From assembly GCA_017962125.1 (NCBI GenBank), contig JAGCVZ010000013.1, positions 18,509-82,508 on the forward strand: 64,000 nucleotides of DNA, in the 5' to 3' direction. Positions 49,569-61,948 of this stretch are shown here, in pieces. How positions within the stretch are numbered: the first letter of the stretch is position 1; the number at the start of each line of letters is the position of its first letter. The notes under the pieces were generated by a model. It was not told the DNA's origin. It ran no database searches and saw only the letters and a program-made list of their open reading frames with translations. This DNA is from Alphaproteobacteria bacterium. GTDB taxonomy: Bacteria > Pseudomonadota > Alphaproteobacteria > Rs-D84. Made by a program: the position numbers and the translations under genes.

Positions 49569-50497
49569 AAAATAATGTTTTGTGTTCTGGGGTTGGTATT
49601 CATTCTGGGTTGCCAGTAAATATGGTTATACGACCATCTGAGGTGCCGGGTATATTTTTTAGACGTGTCGATTTGGATGATAAAACTTTGATTGCTGCGA
49701 CATATGATAATGTTTCAGATACAAAGATGCGTAACACAACAATTGGAAATTTATCTGGGGCACATGTTAAAACAATCGAACATTTAATGGCGGCTTTGTT
49801 CGTTGCAGGTGTTGATAGTGCAGTAATTGATTTGGATGGTGCCGAAGTACCTATTATGAATGGCAGCGCAAGTCTGTTTTATCGCAGAATTATGGAGGCC
49901 GGAATCACAAGGGGAAAATATAAAAAAATAATTGTGAAAAAGCCAATTATTGTTACAGCAAAGGAAGTTATGAGGAAATTACCTTTGTGGCAACGCATTG
50001 ATATATTTTTTTCAAATTTGTTTTCTGGGCGGCGCGCTGATGGTTATGTAAAACTTTCACCGTCAAGAGAAAAAGTGTTGAATATCAAGGCTACGCTGGT
50101 ATATAAAGAGCCAATAATCGGAAAACAAAGTTTTGTTTATTCTTTTGATGAATCAAAGTGGTCTACTGATAATTTTATTAGAAATATCGCGTCGGCACGA
50201 ACTTTTGGTAAATATTCAGAATGGAATTACCTTAAGGCGCATGGTATGGCACGTGGCGCAGATGAAAAAAATGTTATCGTTTTGGATTATGGTGGCGATA
50301 AAACATTGAATAGAATTTATTGGCCAGATGAATTTGTGCGTCATAAAATTATTGATGCGATTGGTGATATGTTTACATCTGGTGGTTTTATTGTTGGTAA
50401 TTTAGAATCTTATAAAGGCAGTCATGCTATGAATAATATGGTGCTTAAAAAGTTGTTTAGTAATCCAGAAAATTATGATATAATAGATGCACAATAA
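49535..50497 (+). CDS. lpxC: UDP-3-O-acyl-N-acetylglucosamine deacetylase
   Basis: RTIKNNVLCSGVGIHSG N-terminal signature and a C-terminal HAMNN-type motif. The true start is probably the TTG at 49556 after AAGGAGA. Confidence 0.85.
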   Translation: MVKGEIRLRTIKNNVLCSGVGIHSGLPVNMVIRPSEVPGIFFRRVDLDDKTLIAATYDNVSDTKMRNTTIGNLSGAHVKTIEHLMAALFVAGVDSAVIDLDGAEVPIMNGSASLFYRRIMEAGITRGKYKKIIVKKPIIVTAKEVMRKLPLWQRIDIFFSNLFSGRRADGYVKLSPSREKVLNIKATLVYKEPIIGKQSFVYSFDESKWSTDNFIRNIASARTFGKYSEWNYLKAHGMARGADEKNVIVLDYGGDKTLNRIYWPDEFVRHKIIDAIGDMFTSGGFIVGNLESYKGSHAMNNMVLKKLFSNPENYDIIDAQ

Positions 50498-50515
50498 GTA
50501 AAAAAAGGAAGTGTT

Positions 50516-50947
50516 ATGAAAAAGTATTTTGGTTTATTGACGTGTCTTTTGATACTTGGTGGTTGTGGCGGATATATTAAAAATGAAAATGGAAGCGAAT
50601 ATATAAAACAGCTTGATGGTGAACCAATCGGTTGCATTTTTCTTTATAAATTAGAATCAGAAGTTTCAGTATATGACCAAGATGATGCACGACGCTATTT
50701 GGAAAATCGTATTGCTGATCAGGCACGACCAGGAAATGCATATTGGATTGTTAGCCAAAGGACAAGACCAAATGAATGGGTTTTGTTTGGACCGGAACGT
50801 GCTTTTGTTTTGACTGCAAATGTTTACGAATGTCCGAATATACATAATATAAAAACCGCGCGTGCAGACAAGCCTATGCCAGAATATAATATAAAACCTT
50901 GTGGTGGTTCTTTTTATGGCGTGTCTAATGGATGCGCTGGTAATTGA
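50516..50947 (+). CDS. Hypothetical lipoprotein
   Basis: Lipobox LLTCLLILGGCGG. 143 aa. Directly upstream of the pilus-like cluster. Confidence 0.5.
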   Translation: MKKYFGLLTCLLILGGCGGYIKNENGSEYIKQLDGEPIGCIFLYKLESEVSVYDQDDARRYLENRIADQARPGNAYWIVSQRTRPNEWVLFGPERAFVLTANVYECPNIHNIKTARADKPMPEYNIKPCGGSFYGVSNGCAGN

Positions 50948-51080
50948 TGTGAATAGTTGAGGTTTTCTTGAACGGCGCGATGCGCCGTTTTTATTTTTTA
51001 CATTGATCTAATAAATTTTTACACTGGAATTAATTATTCATTTTATGTTATAATCTCTGTAAGCAAATTGGAGAGAGAAT

Positions 51081-52349
51081 TTGTCCGGTCAGTATATTTA
51101 TATAAAAAGGAGAAAATATGCATCGGGATTGGTATGGCAACCGATGGTGGCTGGATTTACGACACGTGCATATGCGCAAAAATTATCAAATGGAATTGAC
51201 AAGCGTTTAAACCTTTATGTTCGTTATAACAGTATGGTTGGTTTGGGCGCTCGTGCCAAAGGGCATAGGTCTGGGATGCCTTCGATTGCCATAGAAATTA
51301 TAAATGCGTTACCTGGGTATGCTTCGCTTTTAGCCGCGTTCCAAATAGCGGATAAGTTCGTGTTAATCGCGGTTAGAAACGGTGTTATTTTACAAGATTT
51401 GTTGTTTGATAATGAACAGGCGGCGCGTGAAAAATATGCTGAATTAAACGAAATTCCTGATTGGAATGCAACATTTGCACCAGCGGCATGGGGAATTCCC
51501 CGGGCTGTTGATCGTAATTTGTTGGAATTGATACCTGGGCGTGTTCATGCTGTTTTACATCCGATTAGTAGATTTGCTTCTGGTATTATGTCTTTGGTCT
51601 TTATATCGGTTTTTGCGTTGTTATTTTTGTATTTTTTTCGTGAACCAATAAATCAAGTGTTTGCGCCTAAACCGCAAATATCAAAGATAAATCCTGAACT
51701 TGCGGCGGAATATAAAAGAAAAATTGAAGAAAAAAATAAAGAATTAGATGATAAATTTAACATACATCAAGAGCAGGTGCATGAACCAATAGTTTTCCCA
51801 TATGATTCTTTGCCTGATATATATGAACGGGCTGATTTATGTTATCGTGCGATTGGTTTTTTGATGCAACCTGTTACTGGTTGGAATCAATCTGTTGTTG
51901 AATGTGATAAAACACATGTGAATGCTACATTTAAACGTTCATTTGGGACTTTGGATGATTTTTATGTTATTGTTGGTGAAATTATGCCCGGTGTTTTTGT
52001 TCAAGAAATTACGGACGATGAGATTTTTGTTCGTGCAAAATTGCCTGAACGTTTGGTGTATGAATCTTATGATTTGCGTGATGTTGATACTATTGTTCGC
52101 GAAATGACAAGTCGTTTTCAATCTATAAACATTGATGCGAATATAGTACCTTTGATTGATGTTGTGTCTAATGGTGTAGAATCTGTGGATATATATTTTA
52201 TTGGGATTACGGTTAAAACAAAACTTATTCCGGAACAGGTTATGAAAATTTTTGAAGATTTTGGCGGTGTTTATATGACAAAGGTGTCATGGAATACAAA
52301 TGAAAAAACTTGGAACTATGAGGTGGTAATCTATGCAAAACAAAATTAA
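51081..52349 (+). CDS. Hypothetical membrane-anchored protein of the pilus-assembly cluster (PilO-like position)
   Basis: 422 aa with one central TM segment. Probable TTG start after GGAGAGAGA. An out-of-frame 31-codon ORF with a strong AAGGAG RBS begins at 51117. Confidence 0.45.
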   Translation: MSGQYIYIKRRKYASGLVWQPMVAGFTTRAYAQKLSNGIDKRLNLYVRYNSMVGLGARAKGHRSGMPSIAIEIINALPGYASLLAAFQIADKFVLIAVRNGVILQDLLFDNEQAAREKYAELNEIPDWNATFAPAAWGIPRAVDRNLLELIPGRVHAVLHPISRFASGIMSLVFISVFALLFLYFFREPINQVFAPKPQISKINPELAAEYKRKIEEKNKELDDKFNIHQEQVHEPIVFPYDSLPDIYERADLCYRAIGFLMQPVTGWNQSVVECDKTHVNATFKRSFGTLDDFYVIVGEIMPGVFVQEITDDEIFVRAKLPERLVYESYDLRDVDTIVREMTSRFQSINIDANIVPLIDVVSNGVESVDIYFIGITVKTKLIPEQVMKIFEDFGGVYMTKVSWNTNEKTWNYEVVIYAKQN

Positions 52350-53022
52350 AATGTTATTTGGTTTAACTTTGTTCGCGATAACTTTTGGGTGTTATGCCGA
52401 AGAAGTAATTGTTGATGCGAATGTTGATGATATAACGGCAAACGAGCAGTTTTCTGCGGATGCGGTTGAAGAATACAATATAGATGGGTCTTTGTTTCAA
52501 CAAATTACTGATTTAGAGCAAGAAAAAGTTCTTATGCAACTGGAAAAAGAACGCGCGCAGTTGAATCTTGATTTGGATAGATTGGCCGCAGAAAAAATAA
52601 AGTTGCATATGGAGATTGATACTTTGTCTGGGCGTGCAGAACAACAGCAACAGGAATTTGAGACAGAACGTGCGCGCTTACAAAATGAAGCAAAGCGGTT
52701 AGAAAACGAACGCGAAGCATTGACAAATCGCGCAGCAACTTCTGTGTCAGCATATTCGGCTCCGATTCAGCAACAATATGTGGAACAAACACAGTCTAAA
52801 CCTGTCGCAGAGATATCAAAACAGTATAAACTTATAAATGTGTTCGGTGCAGGTGGACAATTACAGGCGACGGTTCAAGATTTATCAAATGGCCAAAATA
52901 AAAAGTTGAGTGTTGGTAAAACGTTAGATGGCTACACCGTTAAATCAATATCTTTGGATGAAGGTGTCGTGTTTTCAAAAGATGGAGAAATTCAAACACT
53001 GAATGTTACAAATGGCAATTAA
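52333..53022 (+). CDS. PilP-like periplasmic protein (signal peptide, coiled coil, C-terminal beta domain)
   Basis: 229 aa with a signal peptide, a Q/E-rich coiled coil and a C-terminal beta-rich segment. Assignment rests on context and architecture. Confidence 0.4.
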   Translation: MQNKIKMLFGLTLFAITFGCYAEEVIVDANVDDITANEQFSADAVEEYNIDGSLFQQITDLEQEKVLMQLEKERAQLNLDLDRLAAEKIKLHMEIDTLSGRAEQQQQEFETERARLQNEAKRLENEREALTNRAATSVSAYSAPIQQQYVEQTQSKPVAEISKQYKLINVFGAGGQLQATVQDLSNGQNKKLSVGKTLDGYTVKSISLDEGVVFSKDGEIQTLNVTNGN

Positions 53023-53024
53023 AA

Positions 53025-54647
53025 ATGAAGGGTTTTTCAGACAATATCGTTTTTGATAAAAAGCCGACCATACCTGTCGGGGTTGAACGTTTGGATACTG
53101 ACGATATTGTTGAATATTTGTTTTCAGAAAACAATCGATTACTTACGGCAAATGGTGCAGAATTTGAATTGCCAAAAGAAACCCAGAGTTTGTTAGCGTA
53201 TTTTTCTGGGGGTGGATTAATTATATCTCGGACGCATCGTTATGATGGACGTGTATTGGCTTTTTTAGATTTGTTGCGCAAGAAAAATTTGCCGATGCTT
53301 TCACCTTTTTATTCTGATTTGGGTTTATTGTCCGCGGTGTATAAGTATTACGAAAGTAAACTTGGTGGACCACGCACGCGTGTCGATTACAACAATCAGA
53401 TGCAAAAAGATTTTATAGATATTGTTGCAAAGGCTGCTGCACAAAAAGTTTCTGATATTCATATAGAGGTTGCAGACCAAACAACAATATATTTTCGTAT
53501 AGATGGCAGTATGCAACCAGTTTTGGAATTTAATTCTGGGTGGGGTGAATCTTTTGTACGTGCTGCATTTGCATCAGCGGATATTTCAAATTCAAATTAT
53601 GCGCAAAACGAATATCAATCTGCGCAAAAAGATGGTCGGACACCTTTGCGTGGAACAAAAGATTTATATTTGCCCGAAGGTGTGCTTAGTATCCGTATGC
53701 AATTTAATCCTGTTGCATTTGGGTCACGTTATGTGGTTATGCGATTGTTGTATGATAACCCATCAGAGAGTATTACGATCGAGCAAGAATTTGGAAAATA
53801 TGAACAAAAACTTTTACGCAGACTTCGTTCTTTCCCAACGGGATTGGTTGTGGTTGCCGGTCCAACGAGTTCTGGTAAATCAACAACGCTTGTCCGTAAT
53901 ATGGTTTTAATGCTAAAAGAGCATCATTACGAAATAAACCTTATTACAGTTGAAGATCCTGTTGAACAGAAAATTTTTGGTGCTCATCAGATTCCTGTTA
54001 TAAATACCGCCAATGAAGAACAGCGTGAAAACGAATATACCGAAGCGTTGGCGGCTGCGTTACGCAGTGACCCTGACACATTGATGGTTGGTGAAATTCG
54101 AACTCTGGCGGCGGCACAACTTACGGTTAAAGGCGCATTATCAGGACACAATGTTTGGACTACATTACACGCGAATTCTGCGATGGCGGCTTTGGTGCGG
54201 TTGCTTGATATGGGGGTTGAAGCATTCAAGTTAAAAGAAGAAACTATGATGCGTGGTCTTATTTCTATGCGGTTGTTTAAACGTCTTTGCCCACATTGTC
54301 GCGAAAGGTTAATGCATCATCCAGAACGTTCGGAATATGACAGGGTTGTTGAGGCTTTTGGAGATTTGGGTTTAAATCAAGTTTATATTCGTGGTGCAGG
54401 TTGTGAACATTGTAATGGAACCGGGACTATGGGGCGTATCAAGGCTGGTGAAGTTATTATAACAAATAGTGATTTCTTAAAACTCGCACTTGCCGGTGAT
54501 ACAGATGCGGCAGTGAAATACTGGTTGGAAGAAATGGATGGGCGTACTTTAAAAGAAGCAGCGTGTTCATTGATGTTACAAGGTATTATTGGTGTTGATG
54601 AATTAGAACGTTGGGTTGGATTATTGGATAGACCTGGGGTTTATTAA
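53025..54647 (+). CDS. GspE/PilB-family secretion ATPase (type IVb pilus PilQ/BfpD-like)
   Basis: Walker A GPTSSGKSTT, Asp box, His box TLHAN and a tetracysteine motif (CPHC...CEHCNGTG). Confidence 0.8.
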   Translation: MKGFSDNIVFDKKPTIPVGVERLDTDDIVEYLFSENNRLLTANGAEFELPKETQSLLAYFSGGGLIISRTHRYDGRVLAFLDLLRKKNLPMLSPFYSDLGLLSAVYKYYESKLGGPRTRVDYNNQMQKDFIDIVAKAAAQKVSDIHIEVADQTTIYFRIDGSMQPVLEFNSGWGESFVRAAFASADISNSNYAQNEYQSAQKDGRTPLRGTKDLYLPEGVLSIRMQFNPVAFGSRYVVMRLLYDNPSESITIEQEFGKYEQKLLRRLRSFPTGLVVVAGPTSSGKSTTLVRNMVLMLKEHHYEINLITVEDPVEQKIFGAHQIPVINTANEEQRENEYTEALAAALRSDPDTLMVGEIRTLAAAQLTVKGALSGHNVWTTLHANSAMAALVRLLDMGVEAFKLKEETMMRGLISMRLFKRLCPHCRERLMHHPERSEYDRVVEAFGDLGLNQVYIRGAGCEHCNGTGTMGRIKAGEVIITNSDFLKLALAGDTDAAVKYWLEEMDGRTLKEAACSLMLQGIIGVDELERWVGLLDRPGVY

Positions 54648-54649
54648 AA

Positions 54650-55720
54650 ATGACAAAGATTGAACTTTTTTATGCAAAAATGATTTGTCGGTTTAGCACG
54701 AACAAGCGAATTGCTATTTGGCGTAAATTGGTGTCGTTACTTAAAAACGATTTTACATTGGTAAATGCATTAAACAGATTGCAAATGACGGAATCACATG
54801 GTGGCGCAAAACCAAACGAACCGTTTGCAATATGTATGCGTGAATGGGAGCAAAACCTTGAACGCGGTCTTAGTTTTTCCGAAGCAACACGTGGTTGGAT
54901 TCCAACCGAAGAAACACTGTTGCTTACGTCCAGTAATATGTCAAGTTTGATTGTTGCACTTGAAAATGTTGGTAGGATTGTTGTTGCAAATAAACGTATT
55001 GGGCGTGCAGTATTTGGTGCGATTGCTTATCCGTTGTTATTATTGGTTTTAGTGTTTGGTATTGTTATTATGGTCGGAATTTATCTTGTTCCGCCTTTGG
55101 CAGAAGTCGCAGGTGATAACATAGTATGGACCGGTGGGGCGGCATCGTTAATTTGGCTATCAGAATGGGCGGGGAGATATTGGGACTTTATTGCTTTTTT
55201 ATTCATATTGATGGTTGTATTCACGTGGCTTTCGTTGCCGGTCTGGTCAGGTCGAATACGTGTATTGTTTGATAAATTGCCACCATGGAATATTTATAAA
55301 ATTCGTGTTTCAGTTGGATGGATGATGTCATTGGCGGCGATGGTTTCGTCCGGGGTTTCTATACCAGATGCAATGCGTATTATTGCGGATAATGCAAATA
55401 AATATCTGCGTGATATATTGGATAAAACATTGCGACATATTGCTAACGGTGATAACCTTGGAAACGCGTTACAAAATACAGGTATGGATTTCCCAAGCCA
55501 AGAATTGATAGGTGATTTGGCCGTTTATTCAGATATGAACGATTTTGATGAAAATTTGAATCATATCGCGAACGAGTATTTGGAAGAATCTGTTCGAAAA
55601 ATTGAATCTGTGTCCGATGCACTAAACACAGTCGGTATTTTGTTGATATCAGGTGTGATTGCGTGGGTCGTCCTTGGGACATTCCAAATGCAAGACCAGA
55701 TTACGACGTTTTTGTCATAA
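54650..55720 (+). CDS. GspF/PilC-family inner-membrane platform protein (type IVb PilR/BfpE-like)
   Basis: 356 aa with three TM regions and the GspF-like cytoplasmic repeat. Directly follows the ATPase. Confidence 0.7.
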   Translation: MTKIELFYAKMICRFSTNKRIAIWRKLVSLLKNDFTLVNALNRLQMTESHGGAKPNEPFAICMREWEQNLERGLSFSEATRGWIPTEETLLLTSSNMSSLIVALENVGRIVVANKRIGRAVFGAIAYPLLLLVLVFGIVIMVGIYLVPPLAEVAGDNIVWTGGAASLIWLSEWAGRYWDFIAFLFILMVVFTWLSLPVWSGRIRVLFDKLPPWNIYKIRVSVGWMMSLAAMVSSGVSIPDAMRIIADNANKYLRDILDKTLRHIANGDNLGNALQNTGMDFPSQELIGDLAVYSDMNDFDENLNHIANEYLEESVRKIESVSDALNTVGILLISGVIAWVVLGTFQMQDQITTFLS

Positions 55721-55855
55721 ACAAAAAAATAATTTTATGCAAACACCGCTATATGCAGCAATTTTGAAATTTTTTGTAAAAAATTCAGGCTACAAAGCAA
55801 CACCCGATGAATTCGTCGGTTTGGTCGATATATTATCCAAAGAGGCTTTAAAAAA

Positions 55856-56428
55856 CTAAACCATAAACGGCAGGTTTTCCAAAGTTCCCTCTGCAACACG
55901 CAAGTTGACATCAATCATCATGAACACGCAATCCGGACTTGATTTTACAAGTTCAGGGTCGAACATGTGGGTTGACAGCAAGTGGCTTGTGTTTACCGAA
56001 ATCTTTGTTATTAAATGGTCGTCGTCAAGTAGAGTGTAAATTGGTCCAGCATCCCGCGGGACATTCTGTCCGATTTCATGTTCGTTTTGTGGACAACGCA
56101 GACCGTCAAAAAGTGTCTTTATCCGGTTATCAATATCTGAACGCGGAACACCAATAATTTCCGGATGCAACATTTGAATATCCAATTCCGCAATCAATTT
56201 TAATTTAGGGGTGATAATCGGATTCCAATCTATGCCGCCAACATGCCTAGTTATAATCGGGCTTTTTTGAGCATTTGGTCCCATGTATTGCGTCAAATTT
56301 GTCCATGGTTCATGTTCTAGTAATTTTTTTAGTTGTGGGTGAAACTGCATACGGATATCAGAAACGTGCTGAGCGCGTTTTTTGGGATTAATTAAAATTT
56401 CACCGAAATATAGCAGTTTGAATTTCAT
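55856..56428 (-). CDS. Hypothetical protein (190 aa)
   Basis: Overlaps the upstream small gene by 4 nt, which suggests an operon. No family recognised. Confidence 0.45.
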   Translation of the reverse strand: MKFKLLYFGEILINPKKRAQHVSDIRMQFHPQLKKLLEHEPWTNLTQYMGPNAQKSPIITRHVGGIDWNPIITPKLKLIAELDIQMLHPEIIGVPRSDIDNRIKTLFDGLRCPQNEHEIGQNVPRDAGPIYTLLDDDHLITKISVNTSHLLSTHMFDPELVKSSPDCVFMMIDVNLRVAEGTLENLPFMV

Positions 56429-56676
56429 TGTTTTTCCTTTTGAAGTTTTTTAATGATTTCCATAAATTTTGCTTGTGCCTCTGTACAGGGATGGATGCGT
56501 GGAGAATTTCTCTTGCTGCCTGTTCTTATGATAATATTAACCTGATGCCCCGCATGCATCACGACCAAACTTTCGGCTTTTTTTATAGCTTTTTTGACCG
56601 TATCCAAGTCTAGTCCTTTGTTTTTAGCATAATCTGTCGCGGTAAGACAGTCTTTTGCCCCATAATTTTCTGGCAT
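56425..56676 (-). CDS. Hypothetical small protein (possible HTH)
   Basis: 83 aa from the internal Met (MPENYGAKD...). The longer ORF-track start at 56766 runs into the gyrB start region. Confidence 0.35.
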   Translation of the reverse strand: MPENYGAKDCLTATDYAKNKGLDLDTVKKAIKKAESLVVMHAGHQVNIIIRTGSKRNSPRIHPCTEAQAKFMEIIKKLQKEKQ

Positions 56677-56741
56677 TATTAAATCTCCTTTATTTTTTCC
56701 TTTTTCTTTGACAATTATACCACAATTTGCTATGTTTTTGA

Positions 56742-59165
<2,424 letters not shown>

Positions 59166-59192
59166 TGTATGTTTTAAAAAGGAGCAAAATTT

Positions 59193-59519
59193 ATGTCTGA
59201 AAAATTTAAAGTTGATGAAAATGGTACAATTATATTTGATGACAGAAAAGATGAACCGCAAACTGAACACGATAAATTGATGGCGGAATATGTTACTTTG
59301 GAACACGATGTTGTGAACAGTATTGCACATCATACTGATGACCCGGTTAAGGTTGCGCGTTATCATGAATTGAAAGAGAAACTTGGTATACCAGATGCCA
59401 AAGATGTTTTTAAACAGGGGGAAAACGTATTAACCGAAGCCGAAAAAACAGAAAGAGAATCTGATAATGCTGAATTTTGGAACTTGGTTAAAAATTTCAA
59501 AAATGGTGGCAAAAAGTAA
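59193..59519 (+). CDS. Hypothetical acidic protein
   Basis: 108 aa with a GGAG RBS. No family recognised. Confidence 0.4.
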   Translation: MSEKFKVDENGTIIFDDRKDEPQTEHDKLMAEYVTLEHDVVNSIAHHTDDPVKVARYHELKEKLGIPDAKDVFKQGENVLTEAEKTERESDNAEFWNLVKNFKNGGKK

Positions 59520-59521
59520 AC

Positions 59522-60229
59522 ATGTTCACTGCAAATTGGTTCTTTGATTTAGAGAAAAAAATAAAAGATTTGGGCGCAGACAGTGACGCCCAATCTTTTG
59601 ATGAAATTCGTGAAATGTTGTCGCGGCCGCGGCGATTTTCGGCTGATGAATTTGCGACCATGTGTGTCTATGTGATTTTGGCGGGCGGGTTTTCGCAGAA
59701 AACCGCAAAGCGGATTCATAAAAACATAATGGAATATATTTATAAAAATGGTGCGAATTTTGATGCGTTGTTTCAAATATTTCATAATAAAAATAAAGTA
59801 AGCGCTATTTGTAAAATATGGGAAAACAGGACAGGACTGTGCAATGGCTTTTATAATTGCGCAACGGATTCAGAAAAACTTATTTATTTATCAAAATTGC
59901 CACATATTGGAAAAATAACTGCGAATCACCTTGGGCGGAATTTGGGAATTGATGTGGTAAAATATGATGTTTGGATTCGTCGTTTAGGCGCGCTATACGC
60001 CGGAATTAGCCGTACGGACGATTTGACACCGGAAATAAAAACGGCATGTGATGATATGTTTGCGCACCTGGTGCATGAAACGAATTTGCCACGGGGATAT
60101 ATTGATGTGGTGTTATGGAAGGCGTGTCAGCTTAAATTGATTTCTATGGATTTCTGCTTGCGGTCGGTAAAGACTCTCCCGGCCTTCGGCCACCCATCCG
60201 CAGGAGAGGAACTGGCTACTAACCACTAA
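59522..60229 (+). CDS. HhH-type DNA glycosylase-like protein
   Basis: 235 aa. LSKLPHIGKITANHLGRNLG resembles a helix-hairpin-helix GPD motif. Adjacent to ung. Tentative. Confidence 0.35.
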   Translation: MFTANWFFDLEKKIKDLGADSDAQSFDEIREMLSRPRRFSADEFATMCVYVILAGGFSQKTAKRIHKNIMEYIYKNGANFDALFQIFHNKNKVSAICKIWENRTGLCNGFYNCATDSEKLIYLSKLPHIGKITANHLGRNLGIDVVKYDVWIRRLGALYAGISRTDDLTPEIKTACDDMFAHLVHETNLPRGYIDVVLWKACQLKLISMDFCLRSVKTLPAFGHPSAGEELATNH

Positions 60230-60247
60230 ATGAACGGAGTGAACGAT

Positions 60248-60910
60248 ATGGATGTAAAGATAGAAGAATCTTGGAAGCGGGTGTTAGCACCGGAATTTGA
60301 TAAAGATTATTTTATCAAACTGACTGATTTTGTGCGTGCGGAATATATGGCAGGTAAAAAAATTTACCCTGCGGCAAAAAATATTTTTAATGCGTTCAAT
60401 CTGTGTCCGTTTGATTCTGTGCGTGTCGTCATTATTGGTCAAGACCCGTATCATGAACCGGGTCAGGCGCATGGCCTTTGTTTTTCGGTGCCGGACGGAA
60501 TTACACCACCACCGTCACTGGTGAACATTTATAAGGAAATTGAATCTGATTTAGGGCGGCCAAGCGTTACGCACGGCGATTTGACGTCATGGGCAAAGCA
60601 GGGTGTATTATTATTAAATTCCACGCTTACGGTTGCAGCGCATTTAGCAGCATCACACGCGGGGTATGGATGGGAACAATTTACCGATGCTGTAATTCGC
60701 GCATTGTCCACGCGCGATGGTCTGGTTTATATGTTGTGGGGCAGTTATGCGCAGCGCAAAGCAGAATTCGTGGATGCAACGCGTAATTTAATTTTGAAAA
60801 GCGCGCATCCATCACCGCTTTCGGCATATCGTGGTTTTTTTGGATGTCATCATTTTTCGCATGCAAACGAATACATTGTCGCACACGGGGGAAAACCAAT
60901 AGAGTGGTGA
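60248..60910 (+). CDS. ung: Uracil-DNA glycosylase (family 1)
   Basis: VVIIGQDPYHEPGQAHGLCFSV water-activating loop and a C-terminal HPSPLS motif. ATG at 60248 after GGAGTG. Confidence 0.9.
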   Translation: MDVKIEESWKRVLAPEFDKDYFIKLTDFVRAEYMAGKKIYPAAKNIFNAFNLCPFDSVRVVIIGQDPYHEPGQAHGLCFSVPDGITPPPSLVNIYKEIESDLGRPSVTHGDLTSWAKQGVLLLNSTLTVAAHLAASHAGYGWEQFTDAVIRALSTRDGLVYMLWGSYAQRKAEFVDATRNLILKSAHPSPLSAYRGFFGCHHFSHANEYIVAHGGKPIEW

Positions 60911-60924
60911 AAGATACCTTTTTA

Positions 60925-61494
60925 TTAGAAATTATATGTTACGCCAAGACCGTAAAATGCATAGGAATAGTTTTCTGGGGCGGTATTTCCATTTGAAAAA
61001 TGTTGCATAAAAAGTTCCAGAGCCCAGACATCATTTATATGATACCCCCCAACCAATTTGAATTGAAACAACAGTTTCGCTCCAAGTCTGTCGTTTTGCT
61101 GGGCCTGCATACCAACACCAGCGCCAGCAGATACATAAAAATTCTTATATTCAGAAAGGCGTACGTCGCCCGATAGTAACACCATAGGAATCGTATATTT
61201 ATCCCAGTTCCACCCATATTTTGCGCCGAATCCAACAGTTTGCCCAATGTTTAATGATTGACGCGCCGGCAAGCCAAAAAATGTTGTCGGTTGTGAATAC
61301 TGTAATTGCAAAAGGTAAAAAGGAACAGGCTTTAGCGGTGGTGGCAATAAAAACCCACTGTCGATACCTTGACCGAAATTAAAGGCTATTTGATTTTTAT
61401 AATGTCTGGTAAAGGTGTTTTTCGCCGATTCGGCAAATGCCGAAAATCCGGCTAGCATCACAGCAAGTGAAAAAATAATCGCGATTTTTTTCAT
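60925..61494 (-). CDS. Outer-membrane acyloxyacyl hydrolase (lipid A deacylase PagL-like beta-barrel)
   Basis: Signal peptide, HFSNG catalytic His/Ser box and a C-terminal aromatic YNF. Confidence 0.6.
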   Translation of the reverse strand: MKKIAIIFSLAVMLAGFSAFAESAKNTFTRHYKNQIAFNFGQGIDSGFLLPPPLKPVPFYLLQLQYSQPTTFFGLPARQSLNIGQTVGFGAKYGWNWDKYTIPMVLLSGDVRLSEYKNFYVSAGAGVGMQAQQNDRLGAKLLFQFKLVGGYHINDVWALELFMQHFSNGNTAPENYSYAFYGLGVTYNF

Positions 61495-61610
61495 GACGAG
61501 TAATTATACACTATTTTGGAACAATGTTCAAATGGTAATCGGTTCCCATAAAAGTTTGACTATGATTTTCTTGCAATCGGGAAAAAGTTTGTTATAATGC
61601 GCGATGTTAT

Positions 61611-61686
61611 GGCGGCGTAGCTCAGTGGTAGAGCAGAGGAATCATAATCCTTTGGTCAGGGGTCCGAATCCCTTCGCCGCTACCAA
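61611..61686 (+). tRNA. tRNA-Met (elongator, anticodon CAU; tRNA-Ile2/lysidine cannot be excluded)
   Basis: Cloverleaf by eye with anticodon loop ATCATAA and CCA encoded. A hairpin terminator ATCGGGCTTGTCCCGAT plus T-run lies at 61692-61720. Confidence 0.8.
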
Positions 61687-61825
61687 AAATTAAATCGGGC
61701 TTGTCCCGATTTTGTTTTTGGTATAGTCCGCGGTGGATGAGGACCCGCGGGTCCGACACGATAGCCGGTTTTGCAAGCCTTGGCGTAGCGAAACCGTTGC
61801 GAGTGGAAAGGGGCCCATTGCAGAG

Positions 61826-61855
61826 CAATGGGAATATACAATCCCTTCGCCATAT
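61826..61855 (+). repeat. Partial copy of the tRNA-Met 3' portion (GGGAATATACAATCCCTTCGCC)
   Basis: Matches the T-arm/acceptor 3' strand of tRNA-Met (GGGGTCCGAATCCCTTCGCC). A second partial copy lies at 63935-63965. Confidence 0.6.
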
Positions 61856-61948
61856 AGTCACGAAATAAAAAATCTAAAAAATGGACAAAAATATCAAATT
61901 TTTTCAAATTTTCTACACAACGGATACACAGATGTTTACATGGATATA

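Noticed and set aside
51117-51212. 31-codon ORF with a very strong AAGGAG-ATG start inside the 5' end of the 422-aa pilus-cluster gene (alternative frame)
   Set aside because: It may be a real upstream or leader peptide, but it is too short to call and it overlaps the only plausible TTG start of the long ORF. Left unannotated, though mentioned in the feature evidence.
61687-61860. Possible two-piece (permuted) tmRNA downstream of tRNA-Met, because of tRNA-like 5' (GGCGTAGC) and 3' (AATCCCTTCGCC) fragments
   Set aside because: No recognisable tag reading frame (ANDN...AA) in any frame. The fragment lacks an encoded CCA and a proper T-arm. It is better explained as a partial att-like copy of the tRNA-Met 3' half.
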